Of a stretch of DNA of 64,000 bases, positions 1-13,486 are shown piece by piece. The stretch is from Octopus vulgaris (taxonomy: Eukaryota), in NCBI GenBank assembly GCA_951406725.2, contig OX597835.1, forward strand, positions 20,584,001-20,648,000, read 5' to 3'. Both the position numbers and the translations under genes were made by a program. The notes under the pieces are model-generated. The model saw only the letters and a program-made list of their open reading frames with translations, did not search any database and had not been told where the DNA came from. Numbering within the stretch: the first letter of the stretch is position 1; each line of letters opens with the position of its first letter.

Positions 1-661
1 ATAAAGCAGTGCATCCGAGTTTGAGGGAATCATAATGAGACATTGCTATGAATGTGGTTTTTGTGTTGTGGTTATTCATACGGAGATGTGTAAGTACAGA
101 AACATAACGGCATGAGTTAGTAAGAGTGTAATGTTGATGTTTATACACGACAGTTACGCTTGCGTAGAGTGGGAGTGTCAGAAATGGAAGGAGAGTGGTA
201 AAAGGGAAGGCTAGAGAATTGTTAGTCGTTTGATGTTCAAAATTGTAGGTGTATTTTGTGAAAAACATAGGAAAAAGAGTATATGACATTCATGCGGGAC
301 TAACTGACTTCTGAGAGAAAGGAAAACACTGCACGAAGAGGGGCAAAATGTGAATATAAAGCAGATGAACAGATGGGAAAAAACTGAAGAGAACAGCAAA
401 ATGGAAAATAAGAAAAGAGTATGAATCCGTAGAAAGGGATGAGAATGAAAATTCAGAGAAAATTTGGAGACAAAATATGACGATAAAATTCTGTTTAGAT
501 AAAAGTCTAACACGCGACAACCACACAGGTACACAACAACTGCATAATATCGGGAGGTAGAATTTCTCATAGTACACACACACACACGGATACACATATA
601 CAAATATATGTACATATATGTACATGTGTATTTATATATATATTGGCATATAAATTATTTG

Positions 662-722
<61 letters not shown>

Positions 723-745
723 CGTGTGTGTGTGTGTGTGTGTGT

Positions 746-985
746 GGAGGCGCCTGGCTTAATGGTTAGGGTATCAGAATCATGATCGTAAGATTGTGAT
801 TTCGATTCCTGGACCGGGCGACGCGTTGTGTTCTTGAGCAAAACACTTCATTCCACGTTGCTCCAGTCCACTCAGCTGGCAAGAATGAGTAATGCTGCGA
901 TGGACTGGCGTCCCGTCCAGCTGGGGAACACATACACCATCGAAACCGGGCCCATGAGCCTGGGTAGGATTTAATAGGGCGCATT

Positions 986-987
<2 letters not shown>
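746..987 (+). mobile_element. tRNA-derived SINE, family-D head and core with a different 3' tail
   Basis: A-box-like TGGCTTAATGG and B-box-like TTTCGATTCC. The core TTGTGTTCTTGAGCAAAACACTT...GCTCCAGTCCACTCAGCTG is shared with 7648 and 25701, but the tail (GCGATGGACTGGCGTCCCGTCCAG...) differs. Confidence 0.8.
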
Positions 988-1020
<33 letters not shown>

Positions 1021-1025
<5 letters not shown>

Positions 1026-1360
1026 CCTTGGGCAATTCTCTACTATAGCCCCGGACCGACCAAAGCCTTGTGAGTGGATTTGGTAGACGGAAACTGAAAG
1101 AAGCCCTTCATATATATGTATATATATATATATGTGTGTGCGTGTATGTTTGTGTGTCTGTGTTTGTCCCATCCAACATCGCTTGACACCCGATGCTGGT
1201 GTGTTTATGTCCCCCTCACTTAGCGGTTCCACAAAAGTGACCGATAGAATAAGTACTGGGCTTACAAAGAATAAGTCCCGGGGTCGAGTTGCTCGATTAA
1301 AGGCGGTGCTCCAGCATGGCCGCAGTCAAATGGCTGAAACAAGTAAAAGAGTAAAAGAGT
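1021..1360 (+). mobile_element. SINE family B, 5'-truncated, internal (TA)n(TG)n
   Basis: Colinear with the copies at 17528, 32643 and 62139; ends in (TAAAAGAG)n. Confidence 0.9.
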
Positions 1361-1380
1361 ATATATATATATATATTTAA

Positions 1381-1560
1381 TATTAGGGTAATAAGTATTA
1401 TAGAAATTATTATTACTAGTGGCCTAGCACAAAACATAGTCAATAGACTATGTATTATTCATATAAAAATATTGTGTACATTAGAACACATTAAGAGGCT
1501 TCCAAATAGGAAAGCCTTGTGCTAGAAAGAGCAGTAGAAAACTCAAACCACCAATTATGG
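1381..1560. repeat. Penelope-type terminal fragment abutting (TA)n
   Basis: Similar to 6215-6390 (AGGGTAATAA...TAGTCAATAGACTAT...TATTATTCATATAAA). The Penelope assignment is inferred from context. Confidence 0.45.
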
Positions 1561-2399
1561 ATAAGGCTAGTTTTCGTCAGTAGGAAGCCTTTAGATTTCA
1601 TGCATATGCATATATATAACCATTTGAGTATTGAACAAGACAAATTACTCTTTTATGCTTTCGTATATCGGTTTGATAAGACATTTATCCATTTGTCTTT
1701 CAATGCAGATACAAATCTCTCAATGTCAGCATATTTTTCTCTTAGTGTCTCTCACACAAACATATAAGTATATAACACACACACAAGCAGAAACACACAC
1801 ATACCTGCTCACAAAACATTCATTTATGAATATGTAAGCGTGTATACTTGTGTCTACTGTAATACTTAAATGAACGCGTAATTTAACTGTTAGGACAATA
1901 AGTTTCACCTTTCGGTTCATCGTTTGGAACTGTGAGGTGTAATATTGAGAACATCAGCTTTAATTTGATATTGTATTACTTCATTCAATATATTGATTTC
2001 TAGTCTTGTTATTCTCATGTGCTAACTTCTTCGCATTTGTCTGTAAAATGTGCACGCGGGCATATATATGTGTGTATATATATATATATGCATGTATCTA
2101 TGTATATCTATGTATGAGCGTGTCCCCCATGTGTGTGTGTGTGTGTGTGTATTTACGTAACTGTGCATTTGTTTAGACATATATGAATAAATGGTCTCGT
2201 TCATACATACTAACAGACGCACAGACACGAATTTACATATTCAGATTTTGAAATATATGCAGGCGTGCATGTGTGGTGGTAGACGGGTGTGTATGTGTGT
2301 GTATGTCTGTGGGTGTATGTGCGTGTATGTCTGTATGTTTATAGATGCATGGGGATTGATAGATAGATACGTAAGCTTATAAATCGACATGTATAAGAA

Positions 2400-2403
2400 G
2401 GTG

Positions 2404-2440
<37 letters not shown>

Positions 2441-2538
2441 TACGTATAGAGATATATAGATAGATACATATAAGTGTAACTGTAGAGTCACTTAAATATA
2501 TATATATATATCTATTCGAAAGTACGCACAGGTTATAT

Positions 2539-2624
<86 letters not shown>

Positions 2625-2812
2625 TATATGTATATATATATATATATATATATAGATGTATATATATGTGTATATATATGTATATATAGATGTATATATA
2701 TATGTGTGTGTATGTATATATATAGATGTATATATGTGTATATTTATATATTCATAGATGTATATATATGTATATATATATACATAGATGTATATATATA
2801 TGTGTGTATATA

Positions 2813-2843
<31 letters not shown>

Positions 2844-2993
2844 ACATAGATGTATATATATATGTAAATATATATATATATATACATAGATGTAAATATA
2901 TGTAAATATATATACACGCACAAATAATATATATGTATATATATATATATATACATAGATGTAGATATATGTAAATATATATATACACGCACA

Positions 2994-3072
<79 letters not shown>
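2400..3072. repeat. (TA)n microsatellite grading into a compound minisatellite (ATATACATAGATGT-type units)
   Basis: Seen directly. Confidence 0.9.
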
Positions 3073-3074
<2 letters not shown>

Positions 3075-3381
3075 ACGTGATCACGTGACCGACCAGGCTA
3101 TCAGATGTTGCTACACATCACTGGTCACAATGCGTCTGGGCATTGTTTTAGCCTTAAAATGACCCCACCCCGCTGGCTAAGCCAGCAGGCCAACAGAAGA
3201 AAATGCGAGAGAAAGTTGTGGTGATAGAGTACAGCAGGGATCGCCACCACATCCTGCCGGAGCCTCGCGGAGCTTTAGGTGTTTCCGCTCAATAAACACT
3301 CACAACGCCCGGTCCGGGAATCGAAACCCCGATCCTACGACCGCGACTCCGCTGCCCTTACCACTGGGCCATTGCGCCTCC

Positions 3382-3383
<2 letters not shown>
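3073..3383 (-). mobile_element. SINE family A, tail type 1
   Basis: Minus-strand head GGAGGCGCAATGGCCCAGTGG...TTTCGATTCCC (pol III A/B boxes); the 3' end is TCACGTGATCACGTGA. Matches 12694, 46319 and 47955. Confidence 0.9.
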
Positions 3384-3473
<90 letters not shown>

Positions 3474-3543
3474 ATATATTCCTGTGCGTACGTTAGAATA
3501 GGTCCATATAGTTACATTGCTATATGTATCTCTCTCTCTCTCT

Positions 3544-3578
<35 letters not shown>

Positions 3579-4138
3579 CATATATATCAACAATAACAAT
3601 TATAAATATATATATATATATATATATAAATAAAAACTTATAGACATGCAGAGATAGACATAGATGAAGAGTGCTTATATGCATACATACACATTCATAC
3701 GTATGCATACACACTTGCATATATATATGCACATGTGTGTGACAAATGTTTGCATCTGGATAGTGTAGAAACAAACAACTACATTATACCACAATAGTGA
3801 GATTAATGAAACTCTATCACATGCTGCAGTGTTCACATATGTATTAGAAAATTCCCATCTCCGCCATCAAGACATTATAATCAATAAAATGATATTGTTA
3901 TTACGTTGCAAAATATATGCAAATTAAATTGATCTGCAGCACACACTCACACATACATACACACACAAACGGAGACATATAAAGTTATATAGTCATAAAC
4001 ACCTTCAAATTTATATGTCTGTGCAGGCCTTCAAACATGTGAGCGTATGTGTGTGTGCGCGTATATGCCTGCATGTGTGCTTGCGTGTGTTTGTGTGTAT
4101 GTGTGTGTACGGGTATATATTTATGGCTATTTAGACAT

Positions 4139-4187
4139 CTACACGTATATAGACATTCACGTACAGAAAAGCACATAGGAGATATGA

Positions 4188-4221
<34 letters not shown>

Positions 4222-4301
4222 TGTTATTTTCTATTTTTATTATTTTATATATACACACATATATATATAGGAATGTGTGTGTATATTATTATTATTTTCT
4301 A

Positions 4302-4344
<43 letters not shown>

Positions 4345-4383
4345 CACATATATAGCGGTGTGTGCGTGTATGTGTGCATATTA

Positions 4384-4434
<51 letters not shown>

Positions 4435-4500
4435 TTATTTTCCATTTTTATTATTTTATATATACACACACACATATTTATAGCAAAGTGTGTATATATA

Positions 4501-4534
<34 letters not shown>

Positions 4535-4546
4535 TTCTATTTTAAT

Positions 4547-4585
<39 letters not shown>

Positions 4586-4672
4586 CACATATATAGCGGT
4601 GTGTGCGTGTATGTATATTTATATATATACATATTTGTGTCTCAATATATATGTACACACACATACATAAAT
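4139..4672 (+). repeat. Locally duplicated microsatellite-rich segment (paralogue at 12198-12443), internally tandem-expanded
   Basis: Shares the unique blocks AGACATTCACGTACAGAAAA, ACAGACACATATATAGCGGTGTGTGCGTG and CATATTTGTGTC..CAATATATAT with 12198-12443. Confidence 0.8.
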
Positions 4673-4707
4673 ATATGTCTAAATTTATAATATATAAATA
4701 TATATCT

Positions 4708-4878
<171 letters not shown>

Positions 4879-5775
4879 GCAACACATACGCGTCTATTAT
4901 ACAAACACCCAGACATAGAGGCAGACAGTGAGTGGGTGTGAGATAACTTCTGATGATGAGATGGTAAGAGATTTGAAGTGTGTGAAAGAGAAGGTGAGGG
5001 AGTGGAGTTGGGGGAAAGAGAGAGAGAGGGGGAGATATGAGAGCTAGACTTAGAGACATGCCCAGACAGACGGTTTGAATGAATAATTCCCGGTGCTTGC
5101 GTGATATAAACGTGACAGAACTGTATAATTCATTAAAATTGTTTCACAAGATACACAAATATGCGGTAATTAAAATAGCAAAATATGTAATAATAAAACA
5201 GATTGTTAATATTACTACACTTAGCACTTACGCTCTGATACCGACCGGAAAAACGTAAACATGAAAGATTTGAAAACGATACTGATAAATTTTATTGCTT
5301 TTCGTTTATCCTCTTACATTCATTTAGTTCCTATATGAAGGAACAAAGTCTCCCACATTATTCCTTCATACAGTCAAGAAGTATTTTAATAAATATATTG
5401 ACCGGTCGCTTGAGCCCCGATTTTCAGCAGGGAGGTTTTATAGCGTAGCTGATTGTAGAGGTACATTCTGCTGGTATAAATAACAAGTGGAAAGACCAAA
5501 CTGGCTTGGTTTGAACACGCTTTGTCGTGTTTAAAAACAAACACCACATAACTTCTGAGCTGATGTTACATGAGGAAATGTATATTTAAGAATAATTCTG
5601 TAATATTTCAGCGCTCAACGCAAGTGTAATATTTCAGTCCTTACCACAACCGCCATTCACTGGTAATTTTCAAGATCAGAAGTCAAAGACGTATGGAGCT
5701 AACTCCTCATTTAGTATTATCGCTTCGTCTTCTACTGAGCCTACTCAGCCCAGTGTGGTAATACTTTCGCGTGTA

Positions 5776-6170
5776 TCTTTATATATAAAAGTGAAGTTGT
5801 GTGTCTGTCTCCTACGATTTAGATTCCTAACAACTCCCACAGTTTGCGGTGCAGTGTAACCAAAACCGGGTATCTTATAGTCGTGATTCATATCGAGCCC
5901 TTCTGTGTATTAGCGCGCGTCTACGATGAGTCTACGATTAAAAAAAAAATGTACCATCATTTTTTCCGTTTTAATGCATTTTTCGCTATTATATAAGGGA
6001 AGTAACTCTCTAAAAATGTCTTACGATGAGTCAACGATTTAAAAAAAATTTACGATCATTTTTTTTCCATTTTTAATGCATTTTTTTGCTAATTTTTGGC
6101 TATGACTCTCTAAAAATGCTGATATAGTTATTTCCCTTACAAGCCCGAGCAACGTCGGGCGATACTGCTA

Positions 6171-6171
<1 letters not shown>
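5776..6171 (+). mobile_element. Non-autonomous Helitron
   Basis: Inserted between A and T. It starts 5'-TC(TTTATATATAAAA) and has a GCCCGA/TCGGGC hairpin 7 nt before the terminal CTAG, with no TSD. Near-identical copies lie at 47384 and 60787. Confidence 0.88.
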
Positions 6172-6210
<39 letters not shown>

Positions 6211-6554
6211 ATATCAGGGTAATAAATATTTTAGAAATTTTTACTACGTGTAGCCTAGCGGGTAGAAGAAATTAGTCAATAGACTATATATTATTCATAT
6301 AAATACCGTGTATATATAAACACATAAGATGTATCATTCATAGGATTCCTTTTACGCTATAAGGAACATCTAAAGTCCAAACCACTAAGGTGTAGCAAAT
6401 AGACCGAAGAATCTGTCACATGTGCGGTATCCGCGAGTGGTTTGGACATCAGCTGTTCCTTAAATGTACACTATATTTATATATATATATATATTGATAA
6501 AAATGGTAAGACAACATAGGAAAGAGACCTCGATATTATGTAAATAGAGGAATT

Positions 6555-6650
6555 TATCTGTAAATGTAATAAGTGACAATTATTCGGTAGCCATGATAAA
6601 ACTCGGAGTTCTATCATCGCTACCGAATAATTGTCACATATTACATTTGC

Positions 6651-6655
<5 letters not shown>
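6555..6655. repeat. 101-bp palindrome (50-bp arms, 4 mismatches)
   Basis: TATCTGTAAATGTAAT...AACTC-G-GAGTT...ATTACATTTGCAGATA, flanked by (TA)n. Confidence 0.9.
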
Positions 6656-6701
<46 letters not shown>

Positions 6702-7647
6702 GACAGAGACATAGATAGTTAGATATAGCTATATATATATGCATGTATATATCTGTATATATACACACTCAAATACGCCGCTTAGCACAAACCGATGTGT
6801 AGCAAGGTTTCTCACTCGGCCGATGGTGGAGTTAATTTTGATGCCCTGATAATATATTGCATGACAGGATAAGATATTGAAAATATGGATATATTTTATT
6901 CATTTGCAGATACTCCACATGTGACTGATTCTTCGCTCTATTTGCTACACCTTAGACACACACGCAAACACGAACATGCAGGCACAAACACACACACACG
7001 CGCACATAAAAACGCATACAGCTATGATCATGAATTCATTTGGAACGGAAAGACGACTCAATGAATAGACAATTGCCAGATTTTATTTTAGATTTGAAAT
7101 AAAATATCAATGTCAATTCCTGTAGTATACGACACACAGTCTTTTAAGTGAACTAAAGCTGTCATTATAACAATATCGTTCAAGTGAGCCCTTTCCATTT
7201 AACATGAAATTCAAAGCCATGCATCACAATCATATTTTCTTTGTTTTGTTCCTGTGTGCGTCTTTAGAAACGTACGTATTTTTCCACGGATGATAAGACC
7301 GAGTCCATGTGCCAGAAGCTATCATATTACAATCAACAGAGCCAGATATCTATATCAGCTTGACAGCTTGACGTTTTTCTATTGCTGTCCATAATTCCTG
7401 TCACCTCTGATAGTAACATCTTCTTGATTGCCTAGAAAGGTACTGATTGGCGTCGACTGTTTCTTAGTCACGTTATTGCTATTAGCAGTTAGCTGGAGTC
7501 TGTTTATTTATCTCACTAAGCAACCATTGACAATCCTGCATCCAAGAGTTATCTCAACGGAGGGCAATTAAATAGGAATTAGATATGTAGGACAACGAAA
7601 ATTGGAAGATTTTATGGCTATAAAAATAATTCAAATATTTTATCGTT

Positions 7648-7925
7648 GTGAAGGCGCATGGCTGTGGCTGGAACGTCGAGCTTACAATCGGGAGGTCGTG
7701 AGTTCGATTCCCGGACCGGGCTGCGTGTTGTGTTCTTGGGCAAGACACTTTATTTCACGTTGCTCCAGTTCACTCAGCTGTAGAAATGAGTTGCGACGTC
7801 ACAGGTACCAAGCTGTATCGGCCTTTGCATTTCCCTTGGATAACACTGGTGGCGTGGAGAGGGGAGGCCGGTATGCATGGGCGACTGCTGGTCTTCCCTA
7901 AACAACCTTGCCCGGACTTGTGCCT
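7648..7925 (+). mobile_element. SINE family D (tRNA head, CORE-like body, RTE-5'UTR-like segment)
   Basis: Head GAAGGCGCATGGCT...GAGTTCGATTCCC; colinear with 25701-26037 (-). Confidence 0.85.
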
Positions 7926-9379
7926 ATTGTAGAATGGATTGTTATTATTGGCGGTGTGCTGGTGGAACCTTTAGAATGTCTGCCACAGTGATTAACACCA
8001 TTTCCTCCTACTCTTTCAGTTCTGTATTATTAATATTCCGCCGTAGTCAACTCTGACTTTCATCCTTTGGATGTTGATAAATCAAAATGCAAATCAAGTA
8101 CTAAGACCGAAGCAATAGAGTTGCTGTTTTATTTCACAGGTTTGTCTTGTATGAAAATTAGAAAACAATTAGTTTTGTTGTTGCAATTGCTGTAATTATC
8201 ACCCTCGTCATTATCATCATTCACATTGCTATGTGTATTGAGAAAAGGCTCCCGTATCATATAACAGCAGTAATTCTAAAGGTTATCTACGAATACACAA
8301 CAGGATAACAACGAAGTTAAAAGAAAAACTGGCACAAAACAAACATATGCAGAGCTAATAGTTAAATACACAGTGTTTGAATGTCCCCTTTCTGTGTCAT
8401 ATACTTTGTAATATTAGTATATCACTTTGGGAATTATCATCAAGCAGTCTGATCACGTTGAACATTAAAATTACACACAAGAGCAATATTAGCTAATAGA
8501 CTCACACGTACTGAAATCTCTATGATTGCCTTTGTAGCTCTGTTTCCAGTGTATAATAATTATAGATATTTAGATAATACAGGGTGTTCATAATTTAAAC
8601 TTACATAATTTATTCTATTGTGTCGTCTAGTTGTGTTTCATGCAACGTATGAAGCCAATGTTGAATTGTTCCGATGTGTCCAATAAAGTTTTATTTGTTG
8701 GACAATAAACTCTGTTGAGTTACACTTATTTTTGTTGTTTTTCTTCACTCAATTTTTTTTTAAAATTGAAGTTTATTATGGAAACTCCGTAAACTAACTC
8801 AGCGCGAACATGCATGCGGAAAATCCAGTTAAGATATTTAAATTGTGCTAATATATTAAAGCAGGATTCATTATTGGTAGATAAAGTAACTCTCCGGCGG
8901 GATGCGAATAAATTATTAGTTTGTTAGGATTAGTGTTATAATTTCAGCGAATAATAGGACGACCAGATACAATCCGGTCCGATTATAAGACCCAAATAGT
9001 GAGTCCCATAATTTCACCGCAAATTCTGGAATTTTATAGGGTGATATATTTAATAAGGAAATGTAGAAGAAAGTACGATTTAAATTCTTTAAGGAATAGG
9101 TTTAGTTCTTTTTTTGAAAATTGAGCCTCAAGATGGTTTGCTTCTCTCGCTGCCTATATGTGTGTGTTTATATGTGTCTGCGTGTTTGTGTATCTATGTG
9201 TATGTATGTATATATAAACTTTACATTACACACACATACATACAACAATTACATTCTTGATAAAGGAAAATAGTCTTTATATTGAGATCTGGACTTCTCC
9301 AGAACGACACCGCTGTCTTACCCTCCGCCCCCATTTCCAGTCGGCATGCATGTAAGTAAATCTCGTATCCTCATAAAAC

Positions 9380-9870
9380 ACGTAAGTTTCCAAGGCGACT
9401 GCAGAACACCTGCATTTTTACGGACTATTCTCAGCAAGGCTGTTTTCATAGAAAAAAGCAGAATAAAGAGAATCAATTACACTGCTTTCAGTTTGTTGTA
9501 AGTTAAGTTTGTTTCCATATTTTTTATAAGGGTTTCCATATTTTTTATTATATGCAGAGTACTGCATATTTTTGAGGGTTTCTGTAAATTTTCGTTGTTT
9601 GTGACTATGGCTGCGTAATTAGTGATTCCTTGGGAGAGCTGCTCACGAGGTTGGTATCCATTTCTATGTTTTCGTTTCTTGAGGTGACTCCAATGGTGGT
9701 GCTTGTAGTGTTGGAGATATTTGAATTGTGTTGGTGTAGGTTGTAAGGTTATGTGAGTGTTTGTGGGATTTTGTGTCCCCTTCACAACACCAATCTCTAT
9801 TATTAGACTTCTACTGCAATTTTCATTTTGTAATTTACGTCGTTCTCCATTCACCTGGTTTCACTCTGGT
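9380..9870 (-). pseudogene. Highly decayed Penelope-like GIY-YIG C-terminal remnant
   Basis: Minus-strand fragments QVNGERRK, YKHHHWSHLKKRKHRN and IIKNMET loosely resemble the Penelope endonuclease tail (CPLNGxC...HxxSFxxxxxRNxT..W.II). Confidence 0.35.
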
Positions 9871-10159
9871 AGGTTTCCAAAACTGTTTTCCTAACTTGCA
9901 AAATAGGAAGCTGAGTTGGTAACATAACAGCTAGGTTCAATATCAATTTTGAATGCCATTGCGGTATGTCGAATTTCAAATGTAATGTCGAAAGTTAAAC
10001 GTAGATTTTCAGGAAACCTGCAGTGAGATGGGGTTTTTTTGCTAGGGATTATAGGATGACTATAAAAAATTACTTTCGAAAAAACTTATATCTACATATC
10101 TATCACATTCATATGTGTGTGTGCGTGTATAAATATATGTAGCTATATACATATATTTA

Positions 10160-10216
10160 TTAATAACATAAATATATATGTATATATATATATATATATA
10201 TTATAACATAAATATA

Positions 10217-10254
<38 letters not shown>

Positions 10255-10477
10255 TAACAAAAATATATATGTATATATATATATATTAATAACAAAAATA
10301 TATATGTATATATATATATATTAACAAATATATATATATATATATATTAATAACAAATACATATATATATATATATTAATAACATAAATATATATATATA
10401 CATTAATAACATAAAAATATATATATGTTAATAACATAAATATATATGTATATATATATATATAAATAACATAAATA

Positions 10478-10517
<40 letters not shown>

Positions 10518-10568
10518 TAACAGATATATATGTATATATATATTAATAACAAATATATATATGTTAGT

Positions 10569-10607
<39 letters not shown>

Positions 10608-10655
10608 TAATAACAAATATATATATATATATATATATTCATAGCATAAATATAT
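10160..10655. repeat. Compound minisatellite: TTAATAACA(T)AAA units separated by variable (TA)n
   Basis: Roughly 17 recurrences seen directly. Confidence 0.9.
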
Positions 10656-11209
10656 ATGTATGTATATATATATACTAATTCAAGCACACATATAAATATA
10701 GAGTTATAGGAATTATTTATCTTGATTTTCTCACGTATGTAATTGTCCATCAGTGTGCAATAATTTCCTAATGGTGTGATTAATCGAGGTTATCTTAAAT
10801 GCCAAACCTACTAGATATCATGCCAGCTAATAGTAACAGTGCACGAACACAACACACACACGCTCATCACCAATCTATCTATCCTTCTATCTATCTGCAT
10901 ACGCACGCAGCAATATTTCATCCGATCTATAATATACAATATTAACAACAATAATAATGATAATGAATTAAATAGATTCATGCCGGAATTGAGCCATAAA
11001 AATTTCGGCCCTAAATTGGCATCATACTATATCACATTATGTGACTACTTCTCGAATTCAGATATTGATAACTATGTTACTCCTGTTCAGTAGGCATGTA
11101 ATGCAATTTTACATATAGCTGAACGTGTGTATATGTATATATATATACATATAGACATACATATATATATAGACATACATAGATAGATACACACACACAC
11201 ATATATATG

Positions 11210-11269
<60 letters not shown>

Positions 11270-11345
11270 TGATTCAATAAATGGCTGCGTGTGTATCGTT
11301 GATTTTCTTTCACCATCTTTCGTTCCTTGGACCTTTCCCTTTTCT

Positions 11346-11385
11346 ATGATTCTGACAAAGAGCTCCGCTCGAAAAGTTAAATCAT
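11346..11385 (+). ncRNA. Decayed minimal type I hammerhead motif (Penelope-type)
   Basis: Stem I ATGATT/AATCAT, core CTGACAA (G8>A), stem II GAGC/GCTC, then GAAA-AGTT-A. Confidence 0.6.
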
Positions 11386-11489
11386 GCTCCTTCCTTTCCT
11401 TTCCTGAGCGTCCAATAACACTATACTTGTTCCACGTTCTTGCGTTATTGTGTTTTCTCTTTCAGTTTTCACGTTTGGATTAACTTTAT

Positions 11490-11528
<39 letters not shown>

Positions 11529-11834
11529 AACATGCATACATATATACATACATACATACCTATATATATATATATACACATACATATATATATATATATA
11601 TATACATACACATATACATATACATATACATATATATACACATACATATAGATATACAGATATACATGAATATATATGCATATATATATATATATATAAG
11701 CGATAATGGTGTCATTGAGACCGAAAGGTGTCAGGTAATGCTGAATAAGCGCTATAGATAGACTATAGTTAAGTTCCAGATTCGGTAATATTGCGAATAA
11801 AGGCTTCAACTTTGGTTGTTATCTGCGTGTGTAT

Positions 11835-12110
11835 ATATGAATTTTTGTGTAATGAGACAAAAAACCAAGGCTGTATAGATATTAGAGCATTTATGGATAG
11901 AAGGTCTTACAGCTGCTTCTAGAATATTAATTAATAGTATCCATTCATCGTATTAACTAATAATTATAACCCTTCCTCTCACACCGTCTCCGATGAAGGG
12001 ATATTATTATTGATTAATATTCTAGAAACAGATGTAAGACCTTCTATCTATAAATGCTCTAATATCTGTAAACCCTTGGGTTTTTTTCTCATTACACAAA
12101 AAGTCATACA
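11835..12110. mobile_element. Penelope-type inverted terminal fragments carrying a hammerhead motif
   Basis: 11835-11950 is the reverse complement of 11991-12110. The hammerhead-like GTCT-CCGATGA-[stem II]-GAAACAGATGTA-AGAC lies at 11986-12040. Confidence 0.7.
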
Positions 12111-12497
12111 TATATATACTTACATATAAGAGACATACATATAGATACACCTGCATATATATATACACATATATAGACATATACACATATATATATATAC
12201 ACGTATGTAGACATTCACGTACAGAAAAACACATACGAGATATGAATATATATATATATATAAATGTGTTTGTGTGTATGTGTGTGTGTGTGTTGTTATT
12301 TTCTATTTTTATTATTATTATTTTCTATTTTAATCATTATATATATACAGACACATATATAGCGGTGTGTGCGTGTATGTATGTATATTTATATACATAT
12401 TTGTGTCACTCAATATATATATGTACACACACATACGTAAATACATACATACATATATATATATGTGTATGTGTGTGTATACATAGGTGCGCTCCAT

Positions 12498-12640
12498 AGG
12501 CGCAGCTTCCTAACAACCACATTGTTCCGGCTTCAGTCCCACTGCGTGGCACCTTCGGCAGGTGAATTTAACTATAGTTTCGGGTCGACCAAAACCTTGT
12601 GAGTGAATTTCGTAGATGGAAACGGAAAGGAGATTGTAAT
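12498..12640 (+). mobile_element. SINE family B, 5' part only
   Basis: CAACCACATTGTTCCGGCTTCAGTCCCACTGCGTGGCACC... matches the other B copies. Confidence 0.75.
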
Positions 12641-12647
12641 ATGTATG

Positions 12648-12693
<46 letters not shown>

Positions 12694-12700
<7 letters not shown>

Positions 12701-13002
12701 ATCTCGTGACCGAGCAGACCATCAGATTTTGTTACACATCGCTGGTCACAATGCGTTCGCATGGTTTTAGCCTTCGAATGACGCCATCCCGCTGGCTAAG
12801 TGAGCAGGCCAACAGAAGAAAGAGTGGGAGAAAGAGTGGTGAAAGAGTACAGCAGTGATCACCCGCCACCCCTGCCAGAGCCTCGTGGAGCTTCTAGGTG
12901 TTTTCGCTCAATAAACACTCACAACGCCCGGTCTGGGAATCGAAACCGCGCTCCTGCGACCGCGACTCGGCTGCCCTAATCACCGGGCCATTGCGCCTCC
13001 AC
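12694..13002 (-). mobile_element. SINE family A, tail type 1
   Basis: Colinear with 3073-3383. Confidence 0.9.
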
Positions 13003-13007
13003 ACACA

Positions 13008-13152
<145 letters not shown>

Positions 13153-13486
13153 TGCGTGTGTGTGTGGGTATACATACAAAATTTACATATATCTAGACAT
13201 GTATATATAGTAAAACAGGAAGTTGGAACATTTAACTATGTAATCCTTCACCATTACACAGAATTCATTCGTCATTAAGTATTGCAGTATTAACCCCTTA
13301 AGGGATCAAATATTTTGACATGGCGTTTCATTTCAGAGGATTTCTTTTATTTCCTTTTTTAATTATATACACTGTGTTAATTACAAAAAAAAAGTTTATC
13401 TTGTTTCCATTATTTTTCATTATCGAAATTAAAATGTACTCTTACTCATTTGGACTTAAACGAGTTGACTCGGACATTGAAAAAAT

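Noticed and set aside
2241-3076. Long ORFs rich in YI/IY, CV and HT (also at 4542, 22707, 31613, 43750, 55473 and others)
   Set aside because: They are translations of (TA)n, (TG)n and (AAT)n microsatellites, not genes.
10160-10655. Constant repeat with variable spacers, superficially CRISPR-like
   Set aside because: The spacers are only (TA)n of varying length, the context is eukaryotic and there are no cas genes.
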